Shown: piece by piece, positions 26,618 to 36,456 of the stretch | Position numbering within the stretch: position 1 is the first letter of the stretch | Layout of the letters: each line of letters starts with the position of its first letter | IMG/VR virus record: IMGVR_UViG_3300045988_040622 | Length of the DNA: 59,895 nt | Strand: one strand, 5' to 3' | DNA from: a virus | Notes under the pieces: generated by a model | What the model was told of the DNA's origin: nothing | The model's database searches: none | What the model saw: only the letters and a program-made list of their open reading frames with translations | Program-made: the position numbers and the translations under genes

Positions 26618-28861
26618 TCACTTCCTTTCTAACGCGGATAGCCTGCGTTCAAAATCTCTACATCTGTTCTGCAGTTTCTGTATCATGGCAGTATTCAAAG
26701 CAATAAACTCTTGATAACACAGCGTATACATATCATTTGCACCACCATTTTGCTCTAAAAATTTTTTCCATTCCTCATTAGATTCAAAATCTTTTTCGGA
26801 GAATACCGCATGTTCCAGTCCGTAAAACTCATTTTCAGATATGTCACAATCCGTCATTGCCTGTTCGACATCCTGTGCAACAAATCCCATGTGCATTTTT
26901 TCGTCATTTTCTATGAGCCGATATTCCATCGGTTGTAACAACTCGAAAAATCTCTCAAACCGATCATCCTCTAACAGTTTTCGAAAATCCTTTTTCTTTC
27001 TGCCATCAGACGTTGTTTTCCAACCACCGGAAGAATACCCTCCGGCAAATGGATTGGGGTTAGTTCCACAGTACACAGAACTAGAACTTGGAATTAAATT
27101 TCCGTTGTCTGAAATTCGTACATAATCGGATAGTCCAATACCTTGCAAATAATGCGCGGTTGATGCCATTATACACTGCCTTGCACTTTCTGCAGTTGTT
27201 GCAGAGTCTGCGGTTGTCGCATGATCTGCCGTACTTGCATGATCCCCTATGGCTACTCCATCTTGATCTGTCACAGACTCTAGGTCAATGAGTATGTTTT
27301 GCAGCATAGGTCTACCTTTTCCGTCAAGCCCAATAATTGTAAGGTCATCACCAAGAGCTGTTGATTTAAAGTTTAGAGAATCAATGATCGTTACTCTTCC
27401 GTTTCCATCAAGCTCGAAGTTATTGCTTTCAATTATAAGTCTGTTTCCGCTAAGCGTAATCTGGTCGGCACTTGCATTAATCATCGAAACGACTTGGTCG
27501 TTTTCATCTCTTCCAAGTTTCAATTCCAATGATGCGTCTAATTGTCCCTCTGCTTTTTGTGCGCGGTTGACTTCTGCAGAAATGCTTTTTGCGGTCTGCT
27601 CAAACTTGGTATTTGTCTGTTCCTCTAAATCCTCATACGTGGATTGAAGATGGTCCGCGTTCCTCTCTAGCTTTCCGGTACGTCTTTCCACGCTTTCAAT
27701 CGTGTCTCTGATAGAATTGACCTTTGCAGAGTGCGTCTGCGTTCCCTGTGCCGAGATTGAATCTCTCTTGCTTTGTACTCCGGTTAAAGTGCGTTGCAAT
27801 AGATACGTTTCAACAATCTCTCTCGTGGTATTGAATCGGATTGGTTCCCCAAGTGTCAGACATGGATTTCCGACACAGGTGCAACTTTTAATCGGTGTAT
27901 ATGCTGCTTTTGCCATAATCGGCAATAGGTTATTTGCAATCTGTTCCAGCTCTGCTCCGGTCTTGTCTGATACAAGAAAGTTTCCTGTAATCGAATAGTT
28001 GTTTCCGGCAGTTCCAACAATAGCACCAGCGTTATCTTCGCTTGTCTTGATTTCTAGCTGTGTGATTTCCTTGCTTTGGAAGTCCTCGTAATCAAACGTG
28101 ATGTAATGTCCGGTCATAGACTCTGTGTTTGCGTCAGACGGAAATAAATTGTCAGACGGAAATAAATCTTCTGCCGGATAAAGCGCGCTTGTGATTGCTT
28201 TCAGAAAGATATACTCAAACTTGCCCTCTCGGTTGATATTTCCAAAGCATCCGTTAATCTCACAGATTGCCGTTACAACGGTTTTTCCACTGATAGCAGA
28301 CTCTTCTGTGACCGCGCTTGAATCGTCCGTCTGTGTGGCTACAATCGTCTTATTGACCGTCATGGAATCATTGACAAGGCTTGTTTCAACTTGCGCAATT
28401 CCAAGATGCGCAAAGAAGCTATCCCGAAATGCTTTAAGCGTCATAGGAAAGTCAAGTCCTGCATACCAAGCCTTAACGTCAGCATTGATAATGTCATATA
28501 TCGCATCATATGCCGTAATTTGCCGTTTTGTTCGGTCAGCCGTAGGAACATCGGATGCAACCTTAAAAACTCCGTATGGCATCGGATTTTCGCTATCTCC
28601 GTCAACTGTTTCCGAAATGGAAATAGTTCTACCGTTAATGCTTCCTGCGGTGTTTCGTGCTGTGAATTTTACACAGTTTGCTTCACACGCACCAAACTTT
28701 AACTCTGATTCCGAGCAAAGACTTTCTTCAAGCGCAAACGTACCGATTTCAAGCATCGAATTGTCTATCTTCTGGTTCGTTCCAACAACAGATATGACCA
28801 TCTGCTTATCTGTCGAGGAATCCCAATACTTTTCTTTCAAACTACTATTTATCATACACAC
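26618..28861 (-). CDS. Tail-associated tip protein (Tal-like) with C-terminal S74-type intramolecular chaperone domain
   Basis: 747 aa. The C-terminus LQPMEYRLIENDEKMHMGFVAQDVEQA...YGLEHA fits the endosialidase-chaperone (Peptidase_S74) pattern. Confidence 0.7.
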   Translation of the reverse strand: MCMINSSLKEKYWDSSTDKQMVISVVGTNQKIDNSMLEIGTFALEESLCSESELKFGACEANCVKFTARNTAGSINGRTISISETVDGDSENPMPYGVFKVASDVPTADRTKRQITAYDAIYDIINADVKAWYAGLDFPMTLKAFRDSFFAHLGIAQVETSLVNDSMTVNKTIVATQTDDSSAVTEESAISGKTVVTAICEINGCFGNINREGKFEYIFLKAITSALYPAEDLFPSDNLFPSDANTESMTGHYITFDYEDFQSKEITQLEIKTSEDNAGAIVGTAGNNYSITGNFLVSDKTGAELEQIANNLLPIMAKAAYTPIKSCTCVGNPCLTLGEPIRFNTTREIVETYLLQRTLTGVQSKRDSISAQGTQTHSAKVNSIRDTIESVERRTGKLERNADHLQSTYEDLEEQTNTKFEQTAKSISAEVNRAQKAEGQLDASLELKLGRDENDQVVSMINASADQITLSGNRLIIESNNFELDGNGRVTIIDSLNFKSTALGDDLTIIGLDGKGRPMLQNILIDLESVTDQDGVAIGDHASTADHATTADSATTAESARQCIMASTAHYLQGIGLSDYVRISDNGNLIPSSSSVYCGTNPNPFAGGYSSGGWKTTSDGRKKKDFRKLLEDDRFERFFELLQPMEYRLIENDEKMHMGFVAQDVEQAMTDCDISENEFYGLEHAVFSEKDFESNEEWKKFLEQNGGANDMYTLCYQEFIALNTAMIQKLQNRCRDFERRLSALERK

Positions 28862-29261
28862 CGCCTATAAATGAAAACTTGATTGCGTCATACTTAATCT
28901 TCCCATGTGCCACAGAATAGAACGTAGGCTGAATATCTGCGATATATCCGTACTGCGTCACATATCCACGTTTCTCCGGCACGTATGCCGTGATATAGCC
29001 ACCGCGCTCCTTTGCCTTGGTATAGTTCTTTTCAATATTTTTCCAAAAATCATCAAACTGCTTTTCGGTCAGCATGGCTTTGGTTTCAAACTCGACCTTT
29101 AAGGCTTTCAGTTCCACGGCATCACGATGCTCATATCCGTTTTCATCCGTCCAAGGGTCTTTGTCCTGCATATTTACATAGGAACTAAACGTGTCCTGCT
29201 TTATTAAATTGTTCGGTATGGTATAATTCCCAAACTTTACTAAATATCCGCCATATCCCAT
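28845..29261 (-). CDS. Distal tail protein-like (short, putative)
   Basis: 138 aa, immediately upstream of Tal, with an AGGAGG RBS. Confidence 0.4.
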   Translation of the reverse strand: MGYGGYLVKFGNYTIPNNLIKQDTFSSYVNMQDKDPWTDENGYEHRDAVELKALKVEFETKAMLTEKQFDDFWKNIEKNYTKAKERGGYITAYVPEKRGYVTQYGYIADIQPTFYSVAHGKIKYDAIKFSFIGGVYDK

Positions 29262-29284
29262 CGTTTACCTCCTAAAAATGGGTA

Positions 29285-29316
29285 TAAAAATAGCACCTAC
29301 CGTTTTGGTAGATGCT
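29285..29316 (-). terminator. Terminator after the Bro-N gene
   Basis: The minus-strand hairpin AGCATCTACC-AAAA-GGTAGGTGCT has one G-U pair and is followed by ATTTTTAT. Confidence 0.6.
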
Positions 29317-29333
29317 ATCCATTTAATTAAATT

Positions 29334-30194
29334 TTAAGCTACTACTGATTCCCATTCAGATTTCAGCTTTTCTACATCGTTTTCAAAAAGTTTGCAAGCG
29401 ATTTCGTACAACTGCGGAATCATTCCCATTTCCCTGTCGATATAATCCATCTTGTTTCTTACTTTCGGTTTGAGTGTACACCCTTCCATCCTTGATTTAA
29501 GGTTGCAGTGATATTTCCTTTCAAATTCTCCATAAAGCAATGAATAGCGTTCTTGATACTTTCCATCGGCACCGAAACGGACAATCTGCGTTATCCGCTG
29601 TCTCTTAGTTGCCAAGTCAATATCATCAACGAGTCCGATAATAACATCTTCTTTATGGATGATTTCTTTCTGCTGCCTTTTAATGGTTTCGTTCTGCTCT
29701 CTAACAGTTTTTAATGTCTGTGAAAATATCAGCTTAGTGTTTTCATCTGCATACGGCAGGTAAGTGGAAATAAATAATTCATCATTATTGACATACCCAC
29801 CTGTTTTACGGATTGTAGGGAGAACCTCGGATGTTACCCAACGTTTGAACTTATGAAGTTTTTCTTTTCTTTCGTTTATAAGGGAGTCGTTTTGTGACAC
29901 ACCCTTTGCTTTCTGTGGTTGCATCTGAAAGAGCAAGGAATACAAACCGCTTTCATTAACAACCGTCATTCTTTGTTTTCCACCGGGAGTATCAATTTGT
30001 GACACACCCTTATCAGAATCATCAATATTTGAAAGGCTTCTTCTGTAATTCGTATCTCCGAATACTTCGCATATATCCTTTCCAACAAACCATGGTTCAT
30101 CATCGACCATGACCATTCTAATCTGTCCGAATATTGGATTCTCAAATACCTCAATGCTGTTTTGAATCTTAAGCATAAGTTGTGATTTTTTCAT
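29334..30194 (-). CDS. Bro-N domain antirepressor-like protein
   Basis: FENPIFGQIRMVMVDDEPWFVGKDICEVFG...ESGLYSLLF is the Bro-N signature. It has its own GGAGG RBS. Confidence 0.7.
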   Translation of the reverse strand: MKKSQLMLKIQNSIEVFENPIFGQIRMVMVDDEPWFVGKDICEVFGDTNYRRSLSNIDDSDKGVSQIDTPGGKQRMTVVNESGLYSLLFQMQPQKAKGVSQNDSLINERKEKLHKFKRWVTSEVLPTIRKTGGYVNNDELFISTYLPYADENTKLIFSQTLKTVREQNETIKRQQKEIIHKEDVIIGLVDDIDLATKRQRITQIVRFGADGKYQERYSLLYGEFERKYHCNLKSRMEGCTLKPKVRNKMDYIDREMGMIPQLYEIACKLFENDVEKLKSEWESVVA

Positions 30195-30224
30195 TCGTGT
30201 CTACCTCCATACATTTTTATCTGA

Positions 30225-30268
30225 ATAAAAAAGAGGAAACCGGTTGTGAAATCACATTGGTTTCCTCT
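30225..30268 (-). terminator. Terminator (second of a tandem pair after the Big_2 gene)
   Basis: 10-bp stem AGAGGAAACC / GGTTTCCTCT followed by CTTTTTT on the minus strand. Confidence 0.7.
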
Positions 30269-30375
30269 TTCGTACAGTATGGCGTTCAAGTAAGTAATCC
30301 GCTTCTTCACGGATAAGGTTGTTTCCTTAGTAATAAGGATAGACTATTTTTGATTTTGTGTCAATCCGATTTTGG

Positions 30376-30404
30376 AATTAAAATAAGCCGTGTTTCCACG
30401 GCTT
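30376..30404 (-). terminator. Terminator of the Big_2 gene
   Basis: AAGCCGTG-GAAA-CACGGCTT followed by ATTTTAATT on the minus strand. Confidence 0.7.
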
Positions 30405-30427
30405 AAGTATCATTTATCTTTCAATTT

Positions 30428-31342
30428 TTATTGTAACCAAGTATATGTATATGCTTCATCAACATATATCTTATAACTGCTCGGATAGATCGTATCGTAA
30501 TTTGAATCGTACGGAAAACTAAACGAGAAATAATCGGTGTCTCCGTTCTTTTCACATTCTGCATAATGATAATCATATTTGATCAAGTTGCCAGATGCAT
30601 CATACATTAAGCAAGAAATTTTCACAAATGAAAAATCTTTTCCGGAATCGTTTGTAGCTTCAACCGTAACATTATCTGCTCCAATGTCCGATTGAACCAT
30701 TATATTGCGAACATCACAAACAGCATTTGTTGCTTCATCAACACTCAACGACATTTTATAGTTATCATAAGAAACATCGTTATAATCAGAATCGCTCGGT
30801 GCGTCAAAATAAAGAACACATTCCTTACCGGATTCAAAAGCTCTGTTACAATCGCTTTTGCTATCCAGCATTTTACCGTTTTTGTAGTATACAAGTTTTG
30901 CGTCCAGATCAACATTTACCTTGTTGTTGTTTTTCAAGATAGCAACAACTCCATGACCACTATCTTGGTATTCAATTGAGATGTTTTTCTTTACCTTGTT
31001 CGCATTAAAGGAAGAAGTGACGGTAACTTTGCAAGAAAGCGTTTTCTTTGCAATTTTTGCTTTTACGTACGTTGTTCCTTCTCCAACCGCCAGAACTTTT
31101 CCAGACTTGTTTACAGAAGCAACATATTTATTGCCACTACTCCATTTAGCAGTTTTCCTCATTCCGCTTATCTTTAATGTTGCGGATTCTCCAATTTTTA
31201 AATTAAGAGTCTTTCTGCTTAATTTGATAGTTGCCGCCTGTGCAACAATCTGTTCCCCATTTGCATTTTGGATTGGCATAGCCGAAATCAAAACGGCAAA
31301 TGCCAATCCCATCGCTACTAATAATTTTTTTGTGTTTCTCAT
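30428..31342 (-). CDS. Secreted protein with signal peptide and Big_2 (bacterial Ig-like) domain
   Basis: Start is trimmed to MRNTKKLLVAMGLAFAVLISAMP after AAAGGAG. ATIKLSRKTLNLKIGESATLKISG...WSSGNKYVASVNKSGKVLAVGEGTTYV is Big_2-like. Confidence 0.65.
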   Translation of the reverse strand: MRNTKKLLVAMGLAFAVLISAMPIQNANGEQIVAQAATIKLSRKTLNLKIGESATLKISGMRKTAKWSSGNKYVASVNKSGKVLAVGEGTTYVKAKIAKKTLSCKVTVTSSFNANKVKKNISIEYQDSGHGVVAILKNNNKVNVDLDAKLVYYKNGKMLDSKSDCNRAFESGKECVLYFDAPSDSDYNDVSYDNYKMSLSVDEATNAVCDVRNIMVQSDIGADNVTVEATNDSGKDFSFVKISCLMYDASGNLIKYDYHYAECEKNGDTDYFSFSFPYDSNYDTIYPSSYKIYVDEAYTYTWLQ

Positions 31343-31404
31343 AATGACTCCTTTCTTGTGATATGATTTATTTAGAATTATATCACGTTCTATTATAGAA
31401 GTCA

Positions 31405-34008
31405 CTAAAAAACATATACATTGTCTCCGGTTCGATTGTAATGTTCTCTACCATAATCCCTTGCAGCTTTTCCTATGTCGTTTGTAGTAATTCCGAAATT
31501 TTTCTGTAAAATAGCTTGTAATAACTGATTTTGTTGTCGCAGTAAGGAAACCTCTTGCGCAGATGTTGAATTGATGGCATCTTTGATTCCGGTAATCTCT
31601 TGGCTTCCTGCAACCGCCGGCTTACCTCCGACCGTTCCCATAAGTTCCGGAAGACCGTTTTCTCCAACCGTTGCTATGCTATATTTATCCATGAAACCGC
31701 CCGTTGCATAAGCCTTTACTTTAGGTAGGCTCACTTTCGGCACAAGATCGACTCCGCTCCACTTTACCTTTGCTACTTTAGCCGCCGCAGAAACAACACT
31801 GTTGAACCCTCTCAAAACGGTATTCACTCCACCGATCAATGAATTTATTGCTGTTTCAATTCTTGAAATTACGGTGTTCATTGCCCCGGCAACGCCACTT
31901 TTCACGCTATTCCATAATTTGCTGAATATTTCAGCTACACTTTCTTTCATCTTCGAGAAAGCATTTTTTATCGGGGTGGTTACATGTTCTTTAAACCAAC
32001 TAGAAACACTGTTCCACGCCCCGGTTACCGCTGTTTTTGCCGCGCTAAATGCTTTCTGAATAGATTCTTTTGCTGAACTAAAAGCATTCTTAATAGGTGT
32101 TGTAACATGCTCCTTAAACCAACCGGAAACCACAGCCCATACCGATTTCACAGTTGTCCATAGAACCTTAAATGCGGTTGATACTGCCGATTTCAATAAT
32201 TCAAAATTCTTCTTTATTGGCTCTATTACCTTTGATTTAAACCAATCAGAAACAACAATCCATACAGCCTTGACAATGATCCACAATCCTTGAAAGATTT
32301 GACCAACTCTTTTCGAAAATCCTTGGAAAAATGAAACAATAGGAGTTATAACATTAGTATTGAACCATCCAGAAACTGTTTTCCATACACCGGATATATC
32401 TTTCCATAAAGAAGAGAAAAAACCGGAAACGGATTTCCATAATCCCTCAAAAAATCCGCTTATTGGCTTAATCACATTAGTATTAAACCAATCTCCGGCT
32501 TTTGAGAAAATTCCTTTTATTTCTTTCCAATGATCCTTGACTACTACAGTTGCCGTTGCAACAGCAGCTACTATTCCTGCGATAATAGCTGCCGGTGCTG
32601 CCGCTACCCCTAAGATAACCGCTCCGACTGCCGTAATCGTAACTCCGACAAGCATAAGCGCTTCATTAAGCCAACTGAATCCGTTCTTTAACATGGTCAC
32701 AAAGTTTGATATTGCAGTAAATGCACCAATCGCAACGGAGCCTATTCCGGTTATTGCTTTTGCAACAGGGCTTATAAATGCAAGCGCACCTTCTGCCGCT
32801 TTACTTCCAAACAAAGCCTTAAATCCTGCCGAAATGGTTGTTCCAACCGTCGCAAATGCCGTCGTTATTTTTCCGGATAATGCGGTAGACAAAGCTGCGC
32901 CAATTCCTTGGTTTGCCGCAATTCCAACACCTAATTTAGATGCAATAGAAGACGCTATTGCTTTTGAAATGGAAGTTCCGATTATATCAAGTGCGGTTTT
33001 TGCAAGATGCAATCCAAGGATTTTTTTGATTGTCAACGCACCGATGATAATTCCAACCGTCTTTACGTCTAAGTTGCTTAAAAACTCCTTTGCTCCGTTC
33101 CAAACATCCTTCCAGGAAATTTTACTTAATGCTGTCGTAACTGCATCAAATGTCCCTTGCGCCCACGAATTAAGCGTTTTAGCCAATAACGCAAAGTCAA
33201 AGTTTTGGAAAAACTTGTTGATTCCGTCTGCGATTGAATTTCCAAATTGTTTCCAATTAAAAGTTGTGCCGAATGAATCTAATCCGTGAAGCACTGTGTT
33301 TAGTGAATTGGCAATCAGTTTTCCGGTTTCTCCGAATAATGTTGTACCTTTTTGCCCTTTAAACAGTCCGTTGAGGAATTGAGCCAATCCTCTTCCAAAT
33401 CCTTCGGCTTTTGCATACACCTCTTTCCATTTAATTTTCTTCATTGCTTTAATTAACGCGCCGGAGATTGCTTTTCCAAGTCCTTCAAGGTCTTTGATGT
33501 CGCTTTTGAATTTCTTAAAAATCGTGTCAGTCTGAACTAGTTTTCCGGTATCTCCACCACCAGAACCACCAACGCCAGAACCAGAGCCAGAACCTTTATT
33601 TCCTGAACCGGATTTTTTGTCTTTACTCTGCTTTGAAATAACCTTTAATTCATCAAATGCACGAGTTGCCTGTTGGATTTCCTTTTTTGCTTTCTTGGCA
33701 TTTTTTGCGATACCACCTGTGTTTTTCCCTGCGTTTCCTGCGGCATTGCTTAAATCGTCCATGCCGTCAGATGCGCTTCCAATATCATCAGCAAGACCGC
33801 TGATTCCTGCCCCTTTGCTTGCTTCATACTTCCATCCGAAGATAGAACCTAAAGCATTTGTTACCATTTCCGCAAAAGAAATCACCTTTTGCAGAACCGC
33901 GTTAAGTACCTTGATAAATGGCTTAAATGCATTGATTAAACCACCACCAACAACCGCTCCAAGTGCTTTGAAGTTCTCTTTAAGCATGGTTATCTGGTTA
34001 TGCCATGT
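31405..34008 (-). CDS. Tail tape-measure protein, predicted exon 2
   Basis: It begins (T)WHNQITMLKENFKALGAVVGGG, the expected continuation of ...GDFARTAD. It has long Gly/Ala/hydrophobic and W-repeat regions. No RBS precedes its only in-frame TTG. Confidence 0.75.
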   Translation of the reverse strand, partial: TWHNQITMLKENFKALGAVVGGGLINAFKPFIKVLNAVLQKVISFAEMVTNALGSIFGWKYEASKGAGISGLADDIGSASDGMDDLSNAAGNAGKNTGGIAKNAKKAKKEIQQATRAFDELKVISKQSKDKKSGSGNKGSGSGSGVGGSGGGDTGKLVQTDTIFKKFKSDIKDLEGLGKAISGALIKAMKKIKWKEVYAKAEGFGRGLAQFLNGLFKGQKGTTLFGETGKLIANSLNTVLHGLDSFGTTFNWKQFGNSIADGINKFFQNFDFALLAKTLNSWAQGTFDAVTTALSKISWKDVWNGAKEFLSNLDVKTVGIIIGALTIKKILGLHLAKTALDIIGTSISKAIASSIASKLGVGIAANQGIGAALSTALSGKITTAFATVGTTISAGFKALFGSKAAEGALAFISPVAKAITGIGSVAIGAFTAISNFVTMLKNGFSWLNEALMLVGVTITAVGAVILGVAAAPAAIIAGIVAAVATATVVVKDHWKEIKGIFSKAGDWFNTNVIKPISGFFEGLWKSVSGFFSSLWKDISGVWKTVSGWFNTNVITPIVSFFQGFSKRVGQIFQGLWIIVKAVWIVVSDWFKSKVIEPIKKNFELLKSAVSTAFKVLWTTVKSVWAVVSGWFKEHVTTPIKNAFSSAKESIQKAFSAAKTAVTGAWNSVSSWFKEHVTTPIKNAFSKMKESVAEIFSKLWNSVKSGVAGAMNTVISRIETAINSLIGGVNTVLRGFNSVVSAAAKVAKVKWSGVDLVPKVSLPKVKAYATGGFMDKYSIATVGENGLPELMGTVGGKPAVAGSQEITGIKDAINSTSAQEVSLLRQQNQLLQAILQKNFGITTNDIGKAARDYGREHYNRTGDNVYVF

Positions 34009-35224
34009 CAATATGTTATCGTAAAGGCTTTTTATCCTCTACTTCTTATGGTTTCCCATAAGTTCGGCGTACATTTTCAACCACAGCATTGTGGCTGTCG
34101 GATACTCTTGGGGATATTATATTCTACACTCTTTCCATAAGAAAAGAGCATAGGTTCAATCCCTACGCTCTACAATGTGCTATAACTTTTATTTTATAGC
34201 CTTATCTCGGTATTAGCTTATTGACTTATCCACTTATAGCCATAAGCAGTTCGCCCCTCTTGGTCAATTACATTATGTATTGCTTTGTAATTAACTCCAA
34301 GAGATTCCCCTGCTTCGGATATTCTATCGAACACTCTTATAATCTCTCTGGTTTTCGCATCCACTTGCGCAATTTTTCTTCCTTTTTTGCGCTTTTTATA
34401 GATGCTCAAATCTTTTATTGGAAAATCTTCTTCGTATACAAAAATATATCCATTTGCCGACTTATAGGTATTTGAAAGCACACCGGAAATAGTTGTTCTA
34501 TTTGCTCCGGTAATCCTAGCCGCCTCCTGCAAACTTTTAAATTTCTGTATAAAATTTCCTTCCATATCACATTGAATAATGCTTCTCATTCCGTTAGGTT
34601 CCGGCTTTCTATAGGTTTTCGCTCCGTTTGATTCATACTCATCCTCAAACATGAACATATAGCCCTTTGTCTGCCGCCTTTTTCCTTTACAATTAAGCAG
34701 AACATCCGTATTATTAAATCCGTCAATTTCTGCATCCATTGCACTATCATAACGCTTAATGTACCGTCCGTCAAGCGTCAGCAAAACAACTGCCCTGGCG
34801 TTATGATACGGCGCGCCTTTCCCACCTTTGGTCATATTATAGCCATCTCGATAGGTGTTAAATTTTTCAATGTAATACTTTTCCAACTCACAGGCTCCAT
34901 CTTCGCTTTCACACGTTTCGATGATTTCCCATGAGAAGTTGTCAAACCCGAATTCTTTAATTGCTCTATGAAAGTCGCAATCTTCTTTTTCGTAGCACCT
35001 TTGATGTTGCCACACTCTGCTATGAAAATCACAAGTTTGACCGACATAAGATTTTCCGTTTATTTTATTTGTTGCTTTGTAGATATAATATGTTCGCATT
35101 AAATCACCTCAAACATATTATACAAAAATGTTCGTGCTAAGTCAACTTAGCCTTCACCGATTTTACCCGATTTTTCATCGACATATTGCTATGCCGCGCG
35201 ACACATGAAACAAAAGTTTCGTTT
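34009..35224 (-). other. Putative group I self-splicing intron interrupting the tape-measure gene
   Basis: A 1216-nt insert lies between the ...GCC GAT and ACA TGG... codons. The upstream exon ends in U and the insert ends in G, and the join is in frame. The flanks are rich in hairpins, including CUUAUGG-GAAA-CCAUAAG and GCUAAG-UUGA-CUUAGC. It contains a GIY-YIG ORF. Confidence 0.6.
34218..35099 (-). CDS. GIY-YIG homing endonuclease (I-TevI-like, with C-terminal DNA-binding repeats)
   Basis: YYIYKATNKINGKSYVGQT...RVWQH...ELEKYYIEKF form the GIY-YIG core. The repeated modules GYMFMFEDE, GYIFVYEED and GYKWIS follow. RBS is GAGGTGA. Confidence 0.8.
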   Translation of the reverse strand: MRTYYIYKATNKINGKSYVGQTCDFHSRVWQHQRCYEKEDCDFHRAIKEFGFDNFSWEIIETCESEDGACELEKYYIEKFNTYRDGYNMTKGGKGAPYHNARAVVLLTLDGRYIKRYDSAMDAEIDGFNNTDVLLNCKGKRRQTKGYMFMFEDEYESNGAKTYRKPEPNGMRSIIQCDMEGNFIQKFKSLQEAARITGANRTTISGVLSNTYKSANGYIFVYEEDFPIKDLSIYKKRKKGRKIAQVDAKTREIIRVFDRISEAGESLGVNYKAIHNVIDQEGRTAYGYKWISQ

Positions 35225-36400
35225 ATCGGCTGTTCTGGCAAAGTCTCCGGTAATATTGGTTGTATGCGCAAGCACATACTGATAACGCAACATGGCTTTT
35301 TGAGCCTGCGTCATTGATGAAATGTTCGCATCAAGCCCTTGCTTTAACGCCCATTCCTTTAATGTTGCCTGTGTCAAGTCGATACCATAACGCCGCATAG
35401 GTGCCGTAGTACCGGAAAATACAGATTGCAGACTCTTGGCAATATCTTCTTGACTCACATCATAGAATGAAGCCATATCTCCGGCTAATTCTGTCAACCG
35501 GATAGACATTTTTGCCATCTGCCCCTGTGGAATATCAAGGGCTGTTCCCATTGCTTGGAAACGGCTTGCAAACTGTTTCGCGGACAGTTCGGACATACCA
35601 AATTTTTCAATTGATGTTTTTGCGAAATTGTTAATTAGGTTTTCATACTGCCCGAATGTCTGCCTTACAACGTTCTCAACCTCTGTCAGTGAGGATGATA
35701 TGTCAATGGCATCTCCAAGTAGCCTAAATCCGCGGAATAAAGCCCAATACGTTGCATACACTTTTCCGATTGCAGACGCAAGAGAAAATGACTTCTTGGT
35801 AACCGCAGAAGCACCGGAACTAAATCCACTAAATGAGCTTGTGATGCTTTTTGCCGCTGTTCCTGCCGCTCCACCGGTACGTGATAATTTTGCCAATGCG
35901 TTTGTCATGTCAATAATATTCCGGCTTACGCTAGGGGCTTTCGACAATTCGGACATAAGCTGACGCATTGCAACCGCAAGTTTTGGTATATTCTCGATAG
36001 CCTTTGTTGAGCTTGTATAACCAAGTTGCTTGATTCCTCCGGCTAATTCCGATAACCCTTGCACCGATTTTGACATACCGGAAAACGAGCTTACCGACTT
36101 TGAAATCTGTCGCATTGCTCCGGCTGCTGCATTTATCTTTCCTGTGTCAATGTTGCTAAGCGTTTTGATGTTTCTTGCAAGAGTCGAGAATGACCTTGAA
36201 TCAACACTGCGCATGGCACTCATTGAGTTTGACAATCGGTTTACTCCGGTTGATAACCGGTTAATTCCGCTAGAATCTATGCTTTGCAAGGATGAAGATA
36301 GCTTTCCCAACCTTGTTATCAGCGCATCAATCTGACCATTAGCCTGTCTTGCCTGTGCTTGAATCTTGACCTCTAAGGTTTCTAATTCCAACAGTTCCAC
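35225..36400 (-). CDS. Tail tape-measure protein, predicted exon 1 (the open frame runs on to a stop at 35189 inside the insert)
   Basis: FGMSELSAKQFASRFQAMG...FYDVSQEDIAKSLQSVFSG...RYQYVLAHTTNITGDFARTAD is the conserved TMP core. After it come 11 unrelated codons and a stop. Confidence 0.75.
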
Positions 36401-36456
36401 CTCCTTTATGTAGTTTTAGAAAAAGGCGGTAGGATTTGACCCCTACCGCCCTTGAA

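Noticed and set aside
28133-28168. Tandem 18-bp duplication GTCAGACGGAAATAAAT(T/C) containing the GTCAGACG core of the iteron-like motif.
   Set aside because: It lies inside the Tal coding sequence and simply encodes a duplicated LFPSD(N/A) hexapeptide. The shared 8-mer is short enough to be chance.
32537-33289. 250-aa plus-strand ORF, and many similar plus-strand ORFs such as 28191-28874, 25249-25791, 24260-24796 and 38827-39351.
   Set aside because: They lie antisense to clearly recognisable minus-strand genes (tape measure, Tal, fibre). Their translations are low-complexity and hydrophobic, and they lack an RBS. They are typical shadow ORFs.
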